A stretch of 64,000 bases of DNA from Eledone cirrhosa (Eukaryota). The translations under genes and the position numbers were made by a program. Location of the stretch: the NCBI GenBank assembly GCA_964016885.1, contig OZ024742.1, forward strand, positions 285,076,001-285,140,000, given 5' to 3'. Below, piece after piece: positions 1 to 13,150 of this stretch. Below the pieces are notes generated by a model. It was not told the origin of the DNA, made no database searches, and saw only the letters and a program-made list of their open reading frames with translations. Numbering within the stretch: position 1 is the stretch's first letter; each line of letters starts with the position of its first letter.

Positions 1-1532
1 CTTAGAAAACTAGGTGTTGATGAATGGCTTGTGAGAGCTATACAAGCCATGTATAAAGAAACAGTCAGCAAGGTTAGAATTAACAACGAATATAGTGAAG
101 AGTTTAGCGTAAAAGTTGGTGTTCATCAGGGCTCTGTTCTTAGCCCCCTACTATTTATTATTGCCCTTCAGGCTATAACAGAGGAGTTCAAGACCGGCTG
201 CCCATGGGAACTCCTATACGCAGATGATCTAACGCTCATAGCTGAATCAATGGCTGAACTAGAGAAGAAATTCCAAACGTGGAAGCATGGCCTAGAATCA
301 AAAGGCCTTAAAATTAACCTGTCTAAGACTAAAGTTCTAGTTTGTAGGAAGGAAAATAGGGTACCGGTCCCATCTGGGAAATGGCCATGCTCAGTGTATA
401 GGAAAGGAGTAGGCAGAAACTCCATTTTATGTCCAAAATGCAAAGTATGGGTGCATAAAAGATGTAGTGGGATCACAGGTAAGCTAACTAAGAATATAGA
501 TTTTATATGTGGCCAGTGCTCTGGTGCAATAAGTAGCAGCAAGTGCCCACAGAATACTAGCTCATTCCATTGCACAGATGGTTCTATAGAAATAGTGGAC
601 ACCTTCCGTTACCTGGGTGACAAAATCAGCAGTGGTGGAGGGTGCTTTGAAAGTAAAGTAGCTAGAGTCAGAACGGGATGGAAAAAGTTCAGAGAGCTTA
701 TACCACTATTGGCCACTAAAGGCAGGCTGTATGATGCCTGCATATGAACAGCAATGTGACATGGCAGTGAGACTTGGGCATAGTGTGCAGAGGATATATG
801 CAGATTGGAGAGGAACGAAGCTTGCATGCTCCGCTGGATGTGTAATAGTAATATACGTGAACAGCAAAGCATAAACGAACTAAGGGAGAAATTAGGAATA
901 AGAGGGATCAGATGTTTACTCGAGAGAAGACTACGTTGGTACGGTCACGTGATGCGCATGAAAGACGACAGCTGTATAAAAAGTGCAGGGCGATAAAAAT
1001 AGACGGTAGCCACGGAGTAGGCAGACCCAGAAAAACCTGGGACGACTTGATAAATTCCGACCTCACACACTTACACCTCTCCAAGACAATGTCACTGGAC
1101 CGAGATCTTTGGTGCTACATAGTAATACAGAAGACCCGCCTTGCCTATGTACAAAGCGAAACCTACAGTCAGTAGGCACCTCTAACAAAAATACACCCCC
1201 ATCCCACTACCCCCACCCTATCCACACCACCCCTTTCAATATAAAGTTATGTTGGTACCACAACATCCAGTCCTAAATAAATGAGGTCGCGTAGGTATCA
1301 TGACAAAAAAAAAACACAGTCCACGCTGTAATGTGGCCGTGTAGGTAACATGGTAAAAACCTCCCAGTCCACACTGTAAACGTGGTTGGTGTTAGGAAGG
1401 GCATCCAGCCGTAGAAAACCTGCCAGACAATCCTATACAAGCAAGACAACCAATCTTGCCTCAAGTGGGAAAATTCCCGTCCAAACCCATGCAAGCGTGG
1501 AAGATGGACGTTAAATGATGATGATGATGATG
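1..1532 (+). mobile_element. RTE-clade LINE, 3' part: RT with an embedded PHD-like Cys/His cluster, 3' UTR and (ATG)n tail; frameshifted
   Basis: ORF 31-747 has GVHQGSVLSPLLF, LLYADDL and FRYLG RT motifs; later frames give [12 protein letters not shown] and GRPRKTW; ends GGACGTTAA(ATG)n at ~1506-1532. Confidence 0.92.
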
Positions 1533-1884
1533 GTAGAATACCACACTTAAAAAATAAGGGTTTGTGTTAGAAAGGGCATCTGGTGGTTAAAAAGAAAAAT
1601 GTATGAAATTTCTTGAAAATATAGTGAATACATAAATGTTTGCTTCATTTAAATTTTGGCTCCATAAAACATTGATAACTGTAAACTATTCTGTTGGATC
1701 TCATCATGATTATTTTTACATCCATTTTTCCATGCATTGGATGGGTTGTTACAGAATAAGTCAGTACTTAATGGGAGCTACCTACTGCCTGTCGTTCCTA
1801 ACACTAAGCATTTTACAAAAATAATGTTGGTTCGTATATCGTCATTCTGGTATGTCTCAGAATCAGCAAAGCTTGCATGTCAGC

Positions 1885-2465
1885 AATGGCCCGGACCCTC
1901 CTCCCCCACTTCATATTAGGCCTGAAGTCGTGCCTTTTGTCAGCTCCTTCATTTACCTGGGCTCGACAATCATCAACAATGGAGGCCTGATCGTGGAGAT
2001 CAATTGCAGATGAGGTCTGGCTGCCGGGTCATGCACTCCTTGTGGAAGCCCCTTTGGTGCCACTGCTCTCTCCAGGAAGATGAATCTCCGTATATCTGCA
2101 ATGCGCCGGTCCTCGCCATTCTCCTCTGTGGAGAAGAAAAGACCCTGACAAAGAGGATCAACAACTTTGATAGCAAAGCCCTAAGGAACATCAAGAACAT
2201 CAGATAGTACCACCACATAGCCATCCACCACATTTGCTGGTACGGACATGTCCTCCACCTGCCAGAGCCTTACTCTCATTTGACGCAGCAGCTAGAGGCT
2301 GGAAGAGATCCCACACCAGATAGCTGGATGTCATCGAGGATGTAGAAGGGCTGACATGGGACAACCAGCGATGGAGGGCACTGGTGAACCTGGTTGGCTC
2401 TATGCATGATGGTGCCTATGGATCACTGACCTAAGATGACCCCAGTCTCATCAAGCAAAAGCTAG
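1885..2465 (+). mobile_element. Degenerate 3' fragment of a second RTE family (same family as 56325-58412)
   Basis: FIYLGSTIINNGGL and VMHSLWKPLW motifs; by-eye similarity to 57760-58410. Confidence 0.75.
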
Positions 2466-2558
2466 ATAAACAAGTTGACAAAGAGAAGACAGACTTTTTC
2501 AATTCAGCGCTGTAGCTACAAACATACTGCTGCAATTACACATGTATCTATCTATCTA

Positions 2559-3764
2559 TCATCATCATCATCATTGTTTAACGACTATCTTCCATGCTAG
2601 CATGGGTTTAGACGGGAATTGTCCCACTTGAGGCAAGATTGGTCGTCTCGCTCGTATAGGACTGTCTAGTAGGTTTTCTACGGCTGAATACCCTTCCTAA
2701 CACCAACCACGTTTACAGTGTGGACTGGGAGGTTTTTACCGTGTTACCTACACGGCCACATTACAGCGTGGACTGTGTTTTTTTTTTTGTCATGACACCT
2801 ACGCGACCTCATATATTTAGGACTGGATGTTGTGGTACCAACATAACTTTTCAGAGAAAGGGGTGGAGTTGGGGTAGTGGTGTATATTTGATTAAGAGGT
2901 GCCTACTGACTGTAGGTTTCGCTTTGTACATAGGCAAGGCGGGTTTTCTGTATTACTGCGTAGCGCCAAAGATCTCGGTCCAGTGACATTGTCTTAGAAG
3001 GTGCAAGTGTGTAAGGTAGGAATTTATCAAATCATCCCAGGTTTTTCTGGGTCTGCCTACTCCGTAACTTCCGTCAATTTTGATCGCCCTGCACTTTTTT
3101 ATGCAGCCGTCGTCTTTCGTGACCATACCAATGTAGTCTTCTCTCGAGTAAACAGCATCTGATCCCTCTTATACCTAATTTCTCACTAGTTAATTTATGC
3201 TTTGCTGTTCACGTATATTACTATTACACATCCAGCAGAGCATGCATGCTTCGTTCCTCTCCAGTCTGTGCAGATCTTCTGCACACAATGCCCAAGTCTC
3301 ACTGTCATGTAACATAACTGTTCATATGCAGGCATCATACAGTCTGCCTTTCATTTTAGAGAGAAATCTTTAGCAGCCAATATAGGTATAGGTATAAGCT
3401 CTCTGAACTTTTTCCATCCCATTCTGACTCTGGCTACTGTACTTTCTGAGCACCCTCCACCACTGCTGATTTTGTCACCCAGGTAACGGAAGGTGTCCAC
3501 TATTTCTATAGAGCCATCTGGGCAATAGAAGGAGCTAGTATTCTGTGGGCACTTCCTACTTATTACACCTGAGCACCAGCCACATATAAAATCTATGTTC
3601 TTAGATAGCTTACCTGTGATCCCACTATATCTTTTATGCACCCATACTTTGCATTTGGGACATAAAATGGAATTTCTGCCTACTCCTTTCCTACATATTG
3701 AGCATGGCCATTTTCCAGAGGGTACCTGTGCCCTATTTTCCTTCCTACATACTAGAACTTTAGT
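2559..3764 (-). mobile_element. RTE LINE 3' part; inverted close relative of 328-1532
   Basis: (CAT)n tail at 2559-2574; ORF 3351-3641 nearly identical to the C-terminal half of ORF 31-747. Confidence 0.92.
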
Positions 3765-3765
3765 A

Positions 3766-4002
3766 CAGTGGAACTTCGGTTCACGATCTTAATTCGTTCC
3801 TGAAGGCTGATTGTCACCCAAAATATTTGTAAAACGAAATTATTTTTCCCATACAAAATGTTGAGAGAGAAATACAGTGAGGGAAAGATTGTGTATGAAA
3901 GACAGCTTACATGTTTGTTACTCGAGACACCATTCATCAACCAGGACGTTTTATGTTCGGAAAAATTGTGATGAGACATGTTTCTGGGCTGAAGTTCCAC
4001 TA
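3766..4002. mobile_element. Tc1/mariner (Tigger-like) MITE abutting the truncated RTE
   Basis: TA-CAGTGGAACTTC ... GAAGTTCCACTA-TA terminal inverted repeats. Confidence 0.7.
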
Positions 4003-5224
4003 TATATATATATAATAGGTGGATTTCCTATGGGTACTGGGAGGTGACCACAGTTAAAAAAAGGTACTCAATATGTTAGAGTATAGGCATCTTCATTTTC
4101 TATAGAAATGACTTCTACAGGACTAGAATTGTTTCATTTGTATGAAATCATCAGGAGAGTATATATATGGAAAGAGATTACAATAACAATACTAAGAAAG
4201 ACATCTTCAGGTTCACAACCAGTGCTATCGAAGTTGGTACGTTCATGTAAATGTAGTACTATTTGCCCTTAATTTGACTTTTCTGTACGTTTGGTCCCAC
4301 GTCCAGAGTTTTTGGTACATTTTAGTGATTGTACTTGCTTTATGAATTTGGCTTAATTGATATTCTAAATTCACCATTTAATGATTTACCATTTATCAGC
4401 TATAACGGCTTTTATGTTGAGAAGCTATCCATTAAATGTCACTTGCCCATCAGATCTCACTTGACGTCAATTACTGTTCTATGTACTATTTCAAATCGGT
4501 AGCCAACCATCTTCTGTATTATGCAGGTAGCCGATAATAATGCACTATTCACTCACAATCAGTGTAACATTTTATATGAATGGATATTCTGTGTTAATAC
4601 TTAGAGAGATGCCTTACACACAGAAACAACAGGGTCAAAGTTGACAGTTTTTAAAGAAGGGCATAGCTTTGGAGGCCCTAGTTCTGCACCAGTTGTTGTA
4701 ATATTAACAAATGATGAATAGTCCTGGTCAGCTGCTGGTAAATTGTCGAAACGCAATGAGATGGTATCATCAATATGGTGGGCTAGAGCAGGATCATTTG
4801 TAAGTGCTTACCAGAATAATTTCCTGAAGACTGGAGGTTTTAGGCAATAATTGTAATGGTGGTGAATTTGTAGTCCTTAAAAATTAAAATATATCAGGCC
4901 TCCAATATCGTCTAGGAGTGTAAAGTTTGTGTATTGGACTTCACTGTTGAAGGAGGCCAATTTGCTGCTGTTATAACAAGCTGACTACTCCCAGGTCTCG
5001 AATAATCATTCCCTCTGCTTATTAATTTTTTCAGATCTCCCACCACCACACTTATTAAATTTTGAAAGTCTATCTCATCTCCAGCGAAGTTTTATTTTAA
5101 GTGGTAGCATTTCCTGTAACAAATTTCTTTAGACATTAAAAAACATACATGACAAAAAAAAAAGAACATTACAAGAAATCTCATACATTATAAATTAAAT
5201 ATTGATGGGTTAGAGTCTCAATAT

Positions 5225-5410
5225 GTAGGTGGATTGGCAGTATCGGTAGAGGGTCGGACGCCATGCTTTCCAGCATAATTACGTCCCTTTACGATCTGAG
5301 TTCAAATCCCGCCGAGGTTGACTTTGCCTTTCATCCTTACGGGGTCGATAAAATAAAGTACCAGTAATACACTGGGTAATTGCTGGCCTGGTGCCTAAAG
5401 TAGAAACAAT
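5225..5410 (+). mobile_element. tRNA-derived SINE with a Nin-like central domain
   Basis: B-box-like GAGTTCAAATCCC, core GAGGTTGACTTTGCCTTTCATCCTTACGGGGTCGATAAA, tail AAAGTAGAAACAAT; about 10 copies in the window. Confidence 0.85.
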
Positions 5411-5875
5411 ATGTAAACTAAACGATATTCTGGTTTTAACAAAATACAAGGGAGACAACCTAGAAAAATTATCGAATTTTCAATACCCTCATCACTTATT
5501 CCAACTCCCATTATTATTTGGGACTCGAGAGTACACACATTTAATACCACACACACACCAAGAAAGTGAAGGAAATGTACGCATTTAAACCTTCAATGTT
5601 GATATAAACAACATAAGTTTCACACAAAAATAGCTCAAGTTATTTTTATCATAAGGCTGCAGGTTACCATTAATACATTTTAATTGTTTTGATTTCCTCC
5701 AGGAGATTGGCTGCTATTTCTATTGGGTCAAGTTGGAGTTGTATAGGTATTGTAGATGGGTGTTAAGTGAAAAACATGCGTGGTGAAAATCAAAATTGTA
5801 AAAAGAAAACGAAATTATAAAGCATCAAATGAAAAGCAAAACTATTAAGTGGGTCATGAATCTGGACTAGCACCC

Positions 5876-6227
5876 TTAACCCTTTAGCACTTAAACCGGC
5901 CAGAATTCTCTCACCTCTTTCTGTTCAAACCGGCCGCTTATACTGATGTTAGCCCTTTAGCATCTACATTACTAAACTATTATATTTTCATGGTAAAGGC
6001 TTATCTCACATAATATGGCATCTGTGAGATTTTGAGAACAATACCTTAATGTCAGTATGAGTGGCCAGTTTGAACAGAAAGGGGTGAGAGAATTCTGGTC
6101 GGATACAGCGGGTTTAAGGTCTTGTTCTCAAAATAAATATCAAAATCTCATAGATTTGATATTATACGAGGTAAAGCCTTTTCTGTGAAAATATAATAGT
6201 AAATATAGAGTAATGCTAAAGGTTTAA
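5876..6227. mobile_element. piggyBac-like MITE with a second copy of the same family nested in opposite orientation (5949-6117)
   Basis: TTAA-CCCTTTAGCA ... TGCTAAAGGT-TTAA ends; other copies at ~12742-13150 and 20664-20850. Confidence 0.75.
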
Positions 6228-7499
6228 AGCATTAAGCAAATTATTTAAATCACAATATCTGCTTGTAGTCTACATATAGTACAAATGTATATACTGAGGA
6301 CAAATTAATATCTTTGAAGTAATGTGATACACCAGCAATTTTGGCAATTCATGTTATTTATCTACGAAGTAGGTTGGTTTTGTTGTTATCAATGCCCTTA
6401 CTGTAATGTGTGCCAAAGAGAAATGACAAAAGGTGAAGGCTGAAAGTATTTACAATCTCCATTTATATTTATGATATTTTTCTATTGGGACCAAAGTTCA
6501 TCAGTTGTGCCAACAAAAGCATATATTTTTTGTAATACAAGCACACAACTTTTCTTCGGGCTGTTTGTAATGCTCTAATTATTTTCATGCTTTTACACTG
6601 TTGAAGCTGTTTCTGGTTAAGAATTTATTTCCGATTTTAAATCACATTTAGCTTAACTTCATAAGATAGCTTTACTCACTAGGCTGGCAAAAAATATAAA
6701 GTTGAAAAAATGTCACAAAGATGGAAACAAAACTAAAACACAACTTAACTTAGCAGTGAAAACATGCCTCTGGCTCTCAGCTGTCTGTTAGTGTTACCTG
6801 GTCAGGTTTTAAGACTCGGTTCACTTCTAAAGGTTTTGGTAAGGAAAGTATTTTTTAGATCATGTGCATTGTTTATATTCCTCACATGTACATTCTTCTG
6901 CTTTAATACAAGTATTTTACAGTCATTTTCCCTGCTAAAGCATGGATTAGTTTAGTAGGCCCCAAGACAAGCCCCTCCACTTTTGTTGGGCTTTCATTTT
7001 CTCCATGTTATGTCTTGGTTTTCGCTTTTTTTCTACTTACTCCCTGTACCAGAATTTCTCATGTTACCATATGATGGAAGCAGCATGGCTGACTTGCTAA
7101 GAAGCTTTCTTCTCATTCATGAGGTTTTGGGATCAGCTTCTTGGCCAAGTGTCTTTAAACATATCCTCATGTTGAACTAAGTTTTCAAGTGAAATTGGGA
7201 AAGACAATCTTTGTCACACACTGTGCCATGCTGAATCTGACTGAGTTGGATTTAGAGTACATGTATCTAAAGAATACTCGGCTATTTAATAGATAATTTA
7301 ACAAGAAAGCCATTCTATTTGTTGAACAACTGGAACACAAATTTTTCAAAATCAACCCACAGTCAGTCATGGGAGGCTGATCCTGTCTACTATATATTAG
7401 CCATTTATTGGGTTTTACAATGAATTTCGGCATCAAATTAAAATTTTTATATTGAATTTGAAAGGGTCAATGCTGCTGACTATAAAGAAGTGTTGCAGA

Positions 7500-8760
7500 G
7501 TGTTGTGAAGCCTTGGATAGAGAGCTTGAGTAAAGGAAGACCATACATAAACCAACAAAACTCTGTGCTGTTTCATAAGGCAACCTTGTGATTGATAATA
7601 GGAAATGGTTACCGAAGGTGAGGTAGGAGGGCACTGGATAGGCTTGCCAAGCAAGGTGGTAAAGCTGTGGGGCCCTCTCCTTTACAGAACTCAAGGTGAC
7701 ATCCCAATTGATGGAATTGAAAGCATTTCTGAGATCTAGTTTGAGGATGACCTTGGAAGTTTCAGAAGGCAAGTTGGTAAATGCTCTAGTGGTGATAGAG
7801 GCAGCCTCATGATCCAGCTTGGTACCCACCCCTACCTGAACAGGGAAAAATTTGGTGGACAGACTGTCTGAAATTGAAGACATACTTTCACAGTGTGCAC
7901 CCAACTGCTATAGGATGGAGGTCACCATTAGGCTTTGTGAGGCCAAACATGAATATAATGGTGGACAATGAATATAAGGGTAGACATTCTCGGATGAGAA
8001 CAAGTTGGCAAAATGGCTAAGGTTCTCCAAGAGCTCTTGACTGGCATCCCAGGCCAGCAATCCCTGTACCAGAACCTGCCGAAAAGGATATCACCTTCCT
8101 GACAATAGCTGGGGTGAAGACAGGTTGCAAATAATCTGGTGAATCGGGCCAGTGTAAGTGGTCATCTGGAGGAGTCAGAGGATGTTTCACTCTGTCAGTT
8201 GAGTGAATCTGTAGTGCACTGGGTGAAGGATGACAGAGAGGAGAGGAGACGACCAGCCCCTTTAATGTCAAATTTATTGAATTTGGCGTTGACAGCTTTC
8301 TTTAAGTTCGGTGATCATCCATTGATTGGAACTGAATTGATCACCGACCTGAGATGAGTAGTAGTTGGGGATGAATCAAACAACTCAAACTGCTGTTTTA
8401 GGGAAAATGTGAGGGATCCAGATTTCATGTTGGACACATGGAGAGAAACTAAGAGGAACAAAAATAATGTTTGCCAATCTGGGATGTTGTTGGATAGGCA
8501 GACGTTCTTCAGAGCTTGAAGAGAGCACAGACGAAACTGGTCCAAGTTCTCTTTGGGATCCTGTTGATGAGTTTCAACTTAGACAAGTCCTGGAGGGCAG
8601 TGGCAAAATCCTCAACAGAGATCTGAACTTCAGAGTTAATGTTCTGACCTGCAAAGTGAATTGGAGCTGAAGTGACATTGGTTACAAGTCCAGTTTGAGA
8701 AACTTTTAGCTTCAACTTTAGTAATGTCAATGCAGCTCCTTTGATAGCTTAGGCGACAGG
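7500..8760 (-). mobile_element. CRE-clade (restriction-like endonuclease type) non-LTR retrotransposon fragment, RT N-terminal half
   Basis: ORF 7467-7904: QVGVGTKLDHEAASITTRAF...KLDLRNAFNSI...WQAY, matching CRE-type RT motifs; upstream SFSAGSGTGIAGL motif. Confidence 0.75.
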
Positions 8761-8879
8761 AGTAGCATGTGATTTTCTCCCTCCCACATCATGGGCACAG
8801 TGGTAAATGTGGGGGTCACTGCTTCCATTGTCGAACGGAATGAAATTCGTAAGTACTTGGATTTATCCATTATTCTTTT

Positions 8880-9915
8880 TTCCGCTGTCAGCAAAGTTCT
8901 TGTCATCGCTGGCGGCTCGCCTTACTGAGGTATCAGGTGATGCCCGTAAGGGTGTCTGGTTGTTTCAGTGCCTTAGCCTTGCCATCACCCGTAGCAATGC
9001 TGCGAGCATATTGGCTTGCCATGATGGGCAGCTGATTGTCACACTTGGTGAATTGATGGTCGTTTTTGTTTCCTCCCCCTTCTTTTTTTCTCTCTTTTAT
9101 ACGTTTATATTTGTGTTTATCAACAACATTATATTTTTTATGAACGAATCGCAAGCAATTTATAATGTTATTTATGCATTTGTAATGTTATTTATACAAC
9201 TATGAATAAAATCTCGCAACAATGGTGTGAATTGGCATTGTCTATTCCTGATAAGGTGGAGGACAGTCAAAGGCAGAGAGCTTGGGACAGCATAAGTTCG
9301 AAGGCCACCTTCGACTCCCTCTTCGATCAGTCGGATCAGTTTTCAAAGTGCCGTTTGCTGTCGGCCAGTGCCCAATACTCAGGTGACTTGGTTGATGCCC
9401 TATTCAGCTTGGATGAACTTTGTGTCTGCATTGCCCTCAGAGTGGGAGCTGACGTCTGTACAGGTCTGAAGTGTCGATGTGGAAAACTCCTCGACTCCAC
9501 AGTCTTGATGCCAGAATCATCCCCTCAATCTTGGAACCATCTGGGTTGTTCAGAATTGATGGGAAAAGACCTGATGACCTTATCCTGTATCCCTGGTCGA
9601 GTGGCATATGCCTTGTCTAGGATGTCAGTTAGTGACTCTTGCTTCTTCCCACATCCTGGATGCTGCGGTTAGGGCGAGAGCCACAGTTTCCACAGCTGAA
9701 CGGAACAAAATCCTAAAATACTGTGATCTGTCGGCCAACTACATTTTCCAGCCTGTGGCGTCTGAGACGTTTGGGGGAGTCGGCTACTGACTGCGAAATT
9801 CCTATCTTCACTGGCGGCTCGCTTAACAGTGGTAACTGGTGAAGCTCGTGAGGGCGCTTGGTTGTTCCAGTGCATCAGCCTCGCCATCACCCAAAGTAAG
9901 GCGAGCGTGCTGCTT
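8880..9915 (+). mobile_element. Two CRE-clade 3' fragments (8880-9020 and 9215-9915) encoding the restriction-like endonuclease region
   Basis: [13 protein letters not shown], frameshifted [31 protein letters not shown], and twice WLFQC(L/I)SLAIT. Confidence 0.75.
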
Positions 9916-10138
9916 GCCAAAAAAATCATTAGAGAGATTTCACAGATATTGTTAACTTTTACTCTGGTAGCGGCTCGGTTGTCCACCCCTTTCGCCTGCC
10001 TTTTTTGTATGTGGTCCCAGGTGTGTGTGCTAACCGCTTCTGTGTATTTTTCTTTTCTTTTCATTTTTCTCTGTCCCTTTTCTTTATATTATATTTGTTT
10101 GTGCTTGCATTCTGTAAGCATTGTATTATTATATTTCT

Positions 10139-10248
10139 AAATCCCGCCGAGGTTAACTTTGCCTTTCACCCTTACGGAGTCGATAAAATAAAGTACAAGT
10201 AATGCACTGGGTAATTGCTGGGCGTGTGCCAAAAGTAGAAACAATTAT
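10139..10248 (+). mobile_element. Nin-like SINE, 5'-truncated
   Basis: Same core and tail as 5225-5410. Confidence 0.8.
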
Positions 10249-10499
10249 TATATTTCTATACAACAATGAATAAAACAATTATTATATTTTATACAACAGT
10301 GAATAAAATGTATAAACTCATTTACCTTATAACGAATAAACTAAAACTATTTATTCAAATCCTATTTTTTATTATGTGGGGATTTTGTCAAGGACCATCA
10401 TCAGAGATTTTGAGTGTATAATTTGTAGGGGGTTTCAGGATTGTATTTTCAAGTATAGAGAAGTGCGATACAAAATTAAACACATACGCATAACAATTA

Positions 10500-10686
10500 T
10501 ATAATTCCAGTCAGTAGCAGCTACGAAAGTAAGGCTACTGGTTATTTCAGATGTACCACTGAGTTCTCTACTATCACTAATGTCTTCATTTACATTTACG
10601 AAATGTATTGTGTCTGGTTAATATCTTCATATTTATTCTTCTAACTTCACCAAATACTGAAGAAAGATATCAGAAAAACAGTAAGT
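10500..10686 (+). other. Candidate non-coding 5' exon of the ZNF gene; donor GTAAGT at 10681, start uncertain
   Basis: Consensus donor ACA|GTAAGT in unique sequence; could pair with the acceptor at 16910; inference only. Confidence 0.35.
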
Positions 10687-11875
10687 GATATAAATATATC
10701 TCTACTCTTGACTATATTGAAGGTGATTAGATTAATTGTTTTACGTACAATGAGAAAACTTTAAAATAGTTTACAATCGTATGAAATAATTTTGTTACTA
10801 TCCCTAAACCTACTTAACAAATTCTTATAACATAATTCAGTTTTCTTTAATAAGTTATGTTTAAAATTTTACTTTATCTTATTTCTCTTGCGAAAGAAAG
10901 AAAATAATTGTTTTTAATGTTTCATTGGGACCAGAAATACCTCTATTTTTTGTTTTCGCTTGTTATTTCTCTAATAACATAAAAAAAACAAACATGAGCC
11001 CGCGCTGTCTTCCTTCGTAGTTATTACGGCGAATGAAAACAAAACCACTGGGGGGGAGGGGGGTGATATCATAGTTTTGGCGAAGAAAATAATGGTTAAA
11101 CCAGATTTAAGTGTTTGTTCCTTTTAATTTTATAGATGTTTCCAACCGTTTTAAACAAAATACCTTATTTTATCGTATTTAAAATAAAATGTTTCCTTTA
11201 TACACTTATTCCTTGTTCATTATACATACATTGAAGTTCAAAACGTGGTGCATTTCGTACGTTTGCCACGGTCATATGAATATATATGATAGCGAATATC
11301 ATGCGGAAATTTATATTTTTAAAAAATTTATTCGGCATTAATATATATTCTTTGTTAGGTAAATTACGCAATTTCAACAAATGTATATTTTGATTTGCTT
11401 CTGGCAAGTTTATCTATAAGCGAAGAATTATTTACTGTGCAAAAATAGGCGTATGTTTGCAACGGAAGCCATTTGTGTATGACTTTCGACGACATAAATC
11501 GCCAGAATAAACTGATAAATGTATGTTCTCCCGATATATGTTCTATATAGATTTCCTAACCCTTTTATTTAAAAGCTATTTTACACGAACTACCACCACC
11601 CATTCTACTATTACTTGCCTCCAAGATTATTATACAGTGAGAATAAAAAATCCAGAGACAGAAATATCTTTAACTTTGAGAAGAATGGACACCCAGTAGC
11701 GTGTGCATATGATGCTTTTAACAAATTTTGAACGACACTTGCCGTCTGAGAAATCACGCGAACCAGTTTGTCCGTTCGAAACTAAATTGTTTTGTGAAAT
11801 AAATAATCGCCAGAATAATTATGTTGAGCGAAAGAACATGGTTTCAATTGACTGAGCATTGTTAAATCAATTATT

Positions 11876-12000
11876 ACGGTCTGAGTTCAAATCCCGCTGA
11901 AGTTAACTTTGCCTTTCATCCTTACGGGGTCGATAAAATAAAGTACCAGTAATGCACTGGAATAATTCCTGGCCTTGTGCCAAAAGTAGAAACAATTATT
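11876..12000 (+). mobile_element. Nin-like SINE
   Basis: Same core and tail as 5225-5410. Confidence 0.8.
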
Positions 12001-12164
12001 ATATCAATTATATATAATGTAAATATAATTAATAATGGACGTTTGTTTATTATTAAGTTAACCATTTCATTACCATATTTCTAATATAAAAAAGCATTGC
12101 CGATTTTGAAATAATTCTAAAATAATGAAGAATTTAGATGAATTTAAAAATATGACTGTCTCGT

Positions 12165-12338
12165 TTTTGAGCATGTTAGAAGCATGTATTAAGAAAGTTC
12201 TTTTCTATAAAATTATGATAGCAGGTTTTTGAGTATGTTAGAAGCATGTATTAAGAAAGTTCTTTTCTATAAAATTATGATAGCAGGTTTTTGAGTATGT
12301 TAGAAGAATGGATTAAGAAAGTTCTTTTATATAAAATT
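12165..12338. repeat. 62-bp tandem repeat, ~2.8 copies, inside an AT-rich TTAA-flanked MITE (~12058-12417)
   Basis: GYATGTTAGAAG recurs at 12171, 12233 and 12295. Confidence 0.85.
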
Positions 12339-12741
12339 AAGTTTTTAGATGAATATACAATAATTTATAGTATAAAATTGGAGGCAGTTTCAGACTGTTT
12401 TGTATCGAAAGGATTAGTACGAATTTCATAATACATGCCCACTTTTTTAGATGCCGGAAGAACTGGAATTTTCTATCCCAACGCAAGCTAGTCAACATTT
12501 TGTCGAAAATCCCAGCATTTTAAGCACTCTTCTGCATTTATGATATTCACTTTCGCTACATAATTTGTTATTTGGACAGTCTTCTAGCTTATTCCAAAGT
12601 CCTTTTAAAAGACTTATTGTCGATTTAGGACCCCTCCCCCTTTTTTTTTTGTTGTAAACCAAATCCAAATACCGCAGAAAAAAAAGTCGAAAAGATAATT
12701 CCCGACGCTGTTATATGGGAATGACATTTATTATAATGTTA

Positions 12742-13150
12742 AAATCGTTTAGCATTTAAACCGACCATATCTGGCCAGAATTCTCTTACCTCTTTCTGTT
12801 CAAAACCAGCTGCAACTGGCCACTAATACTTAAGTTAAGATATTGTTCTCAAAATAAATAATTGTTTCTATTTTTGGTACAAATCATGATGGAATCCCAT
12901 TGCATTACTGGCACTTTATTTTATCGACCCCGTAAGGATGAAAGGCAAAGTTAACCTCAGCAGGATTTGAACTCTGACCGTATAGGGACGTAACTCTATG
13001 CTGCAAAACATGGCTTCTGACCTTCCACTGATACTGCCAATCTAATCAAAATCTCAGATTCGATACGATGTGAGATACTTATGTGAGGTAAAGTGTTTAC
13101 CGTGAAAATACAATAGTAAATATAGAATAATGTAAATGCTAAAGGGTTAA
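12742..13150. mobile_element. piggyBac-like MITE interrupted by a minus-strand Nin-like SINE (12858-13043)
   Basis: TTTAGCATTTAAACC left end, TGCTAAAGGGTTAA right end; reverse-complement SINE core inside. Confidence 0.75.

Noticed and set aside
4117-4160. Minus-strand CTGATGA...GAAAC...GTC hammerhead-like string
   Set aside because: Stem I cannot form and stem II is out of register; at best a decayed remnant
4200-5110. Possible decayed retroelement ORF
   Set aside because: No motif could be read with confidence on either strand
6764-7436. Short ORFs and a possible minus-strand splice donor near 6798
   Set aside because: The frame checked is stopped and no homology was recognised
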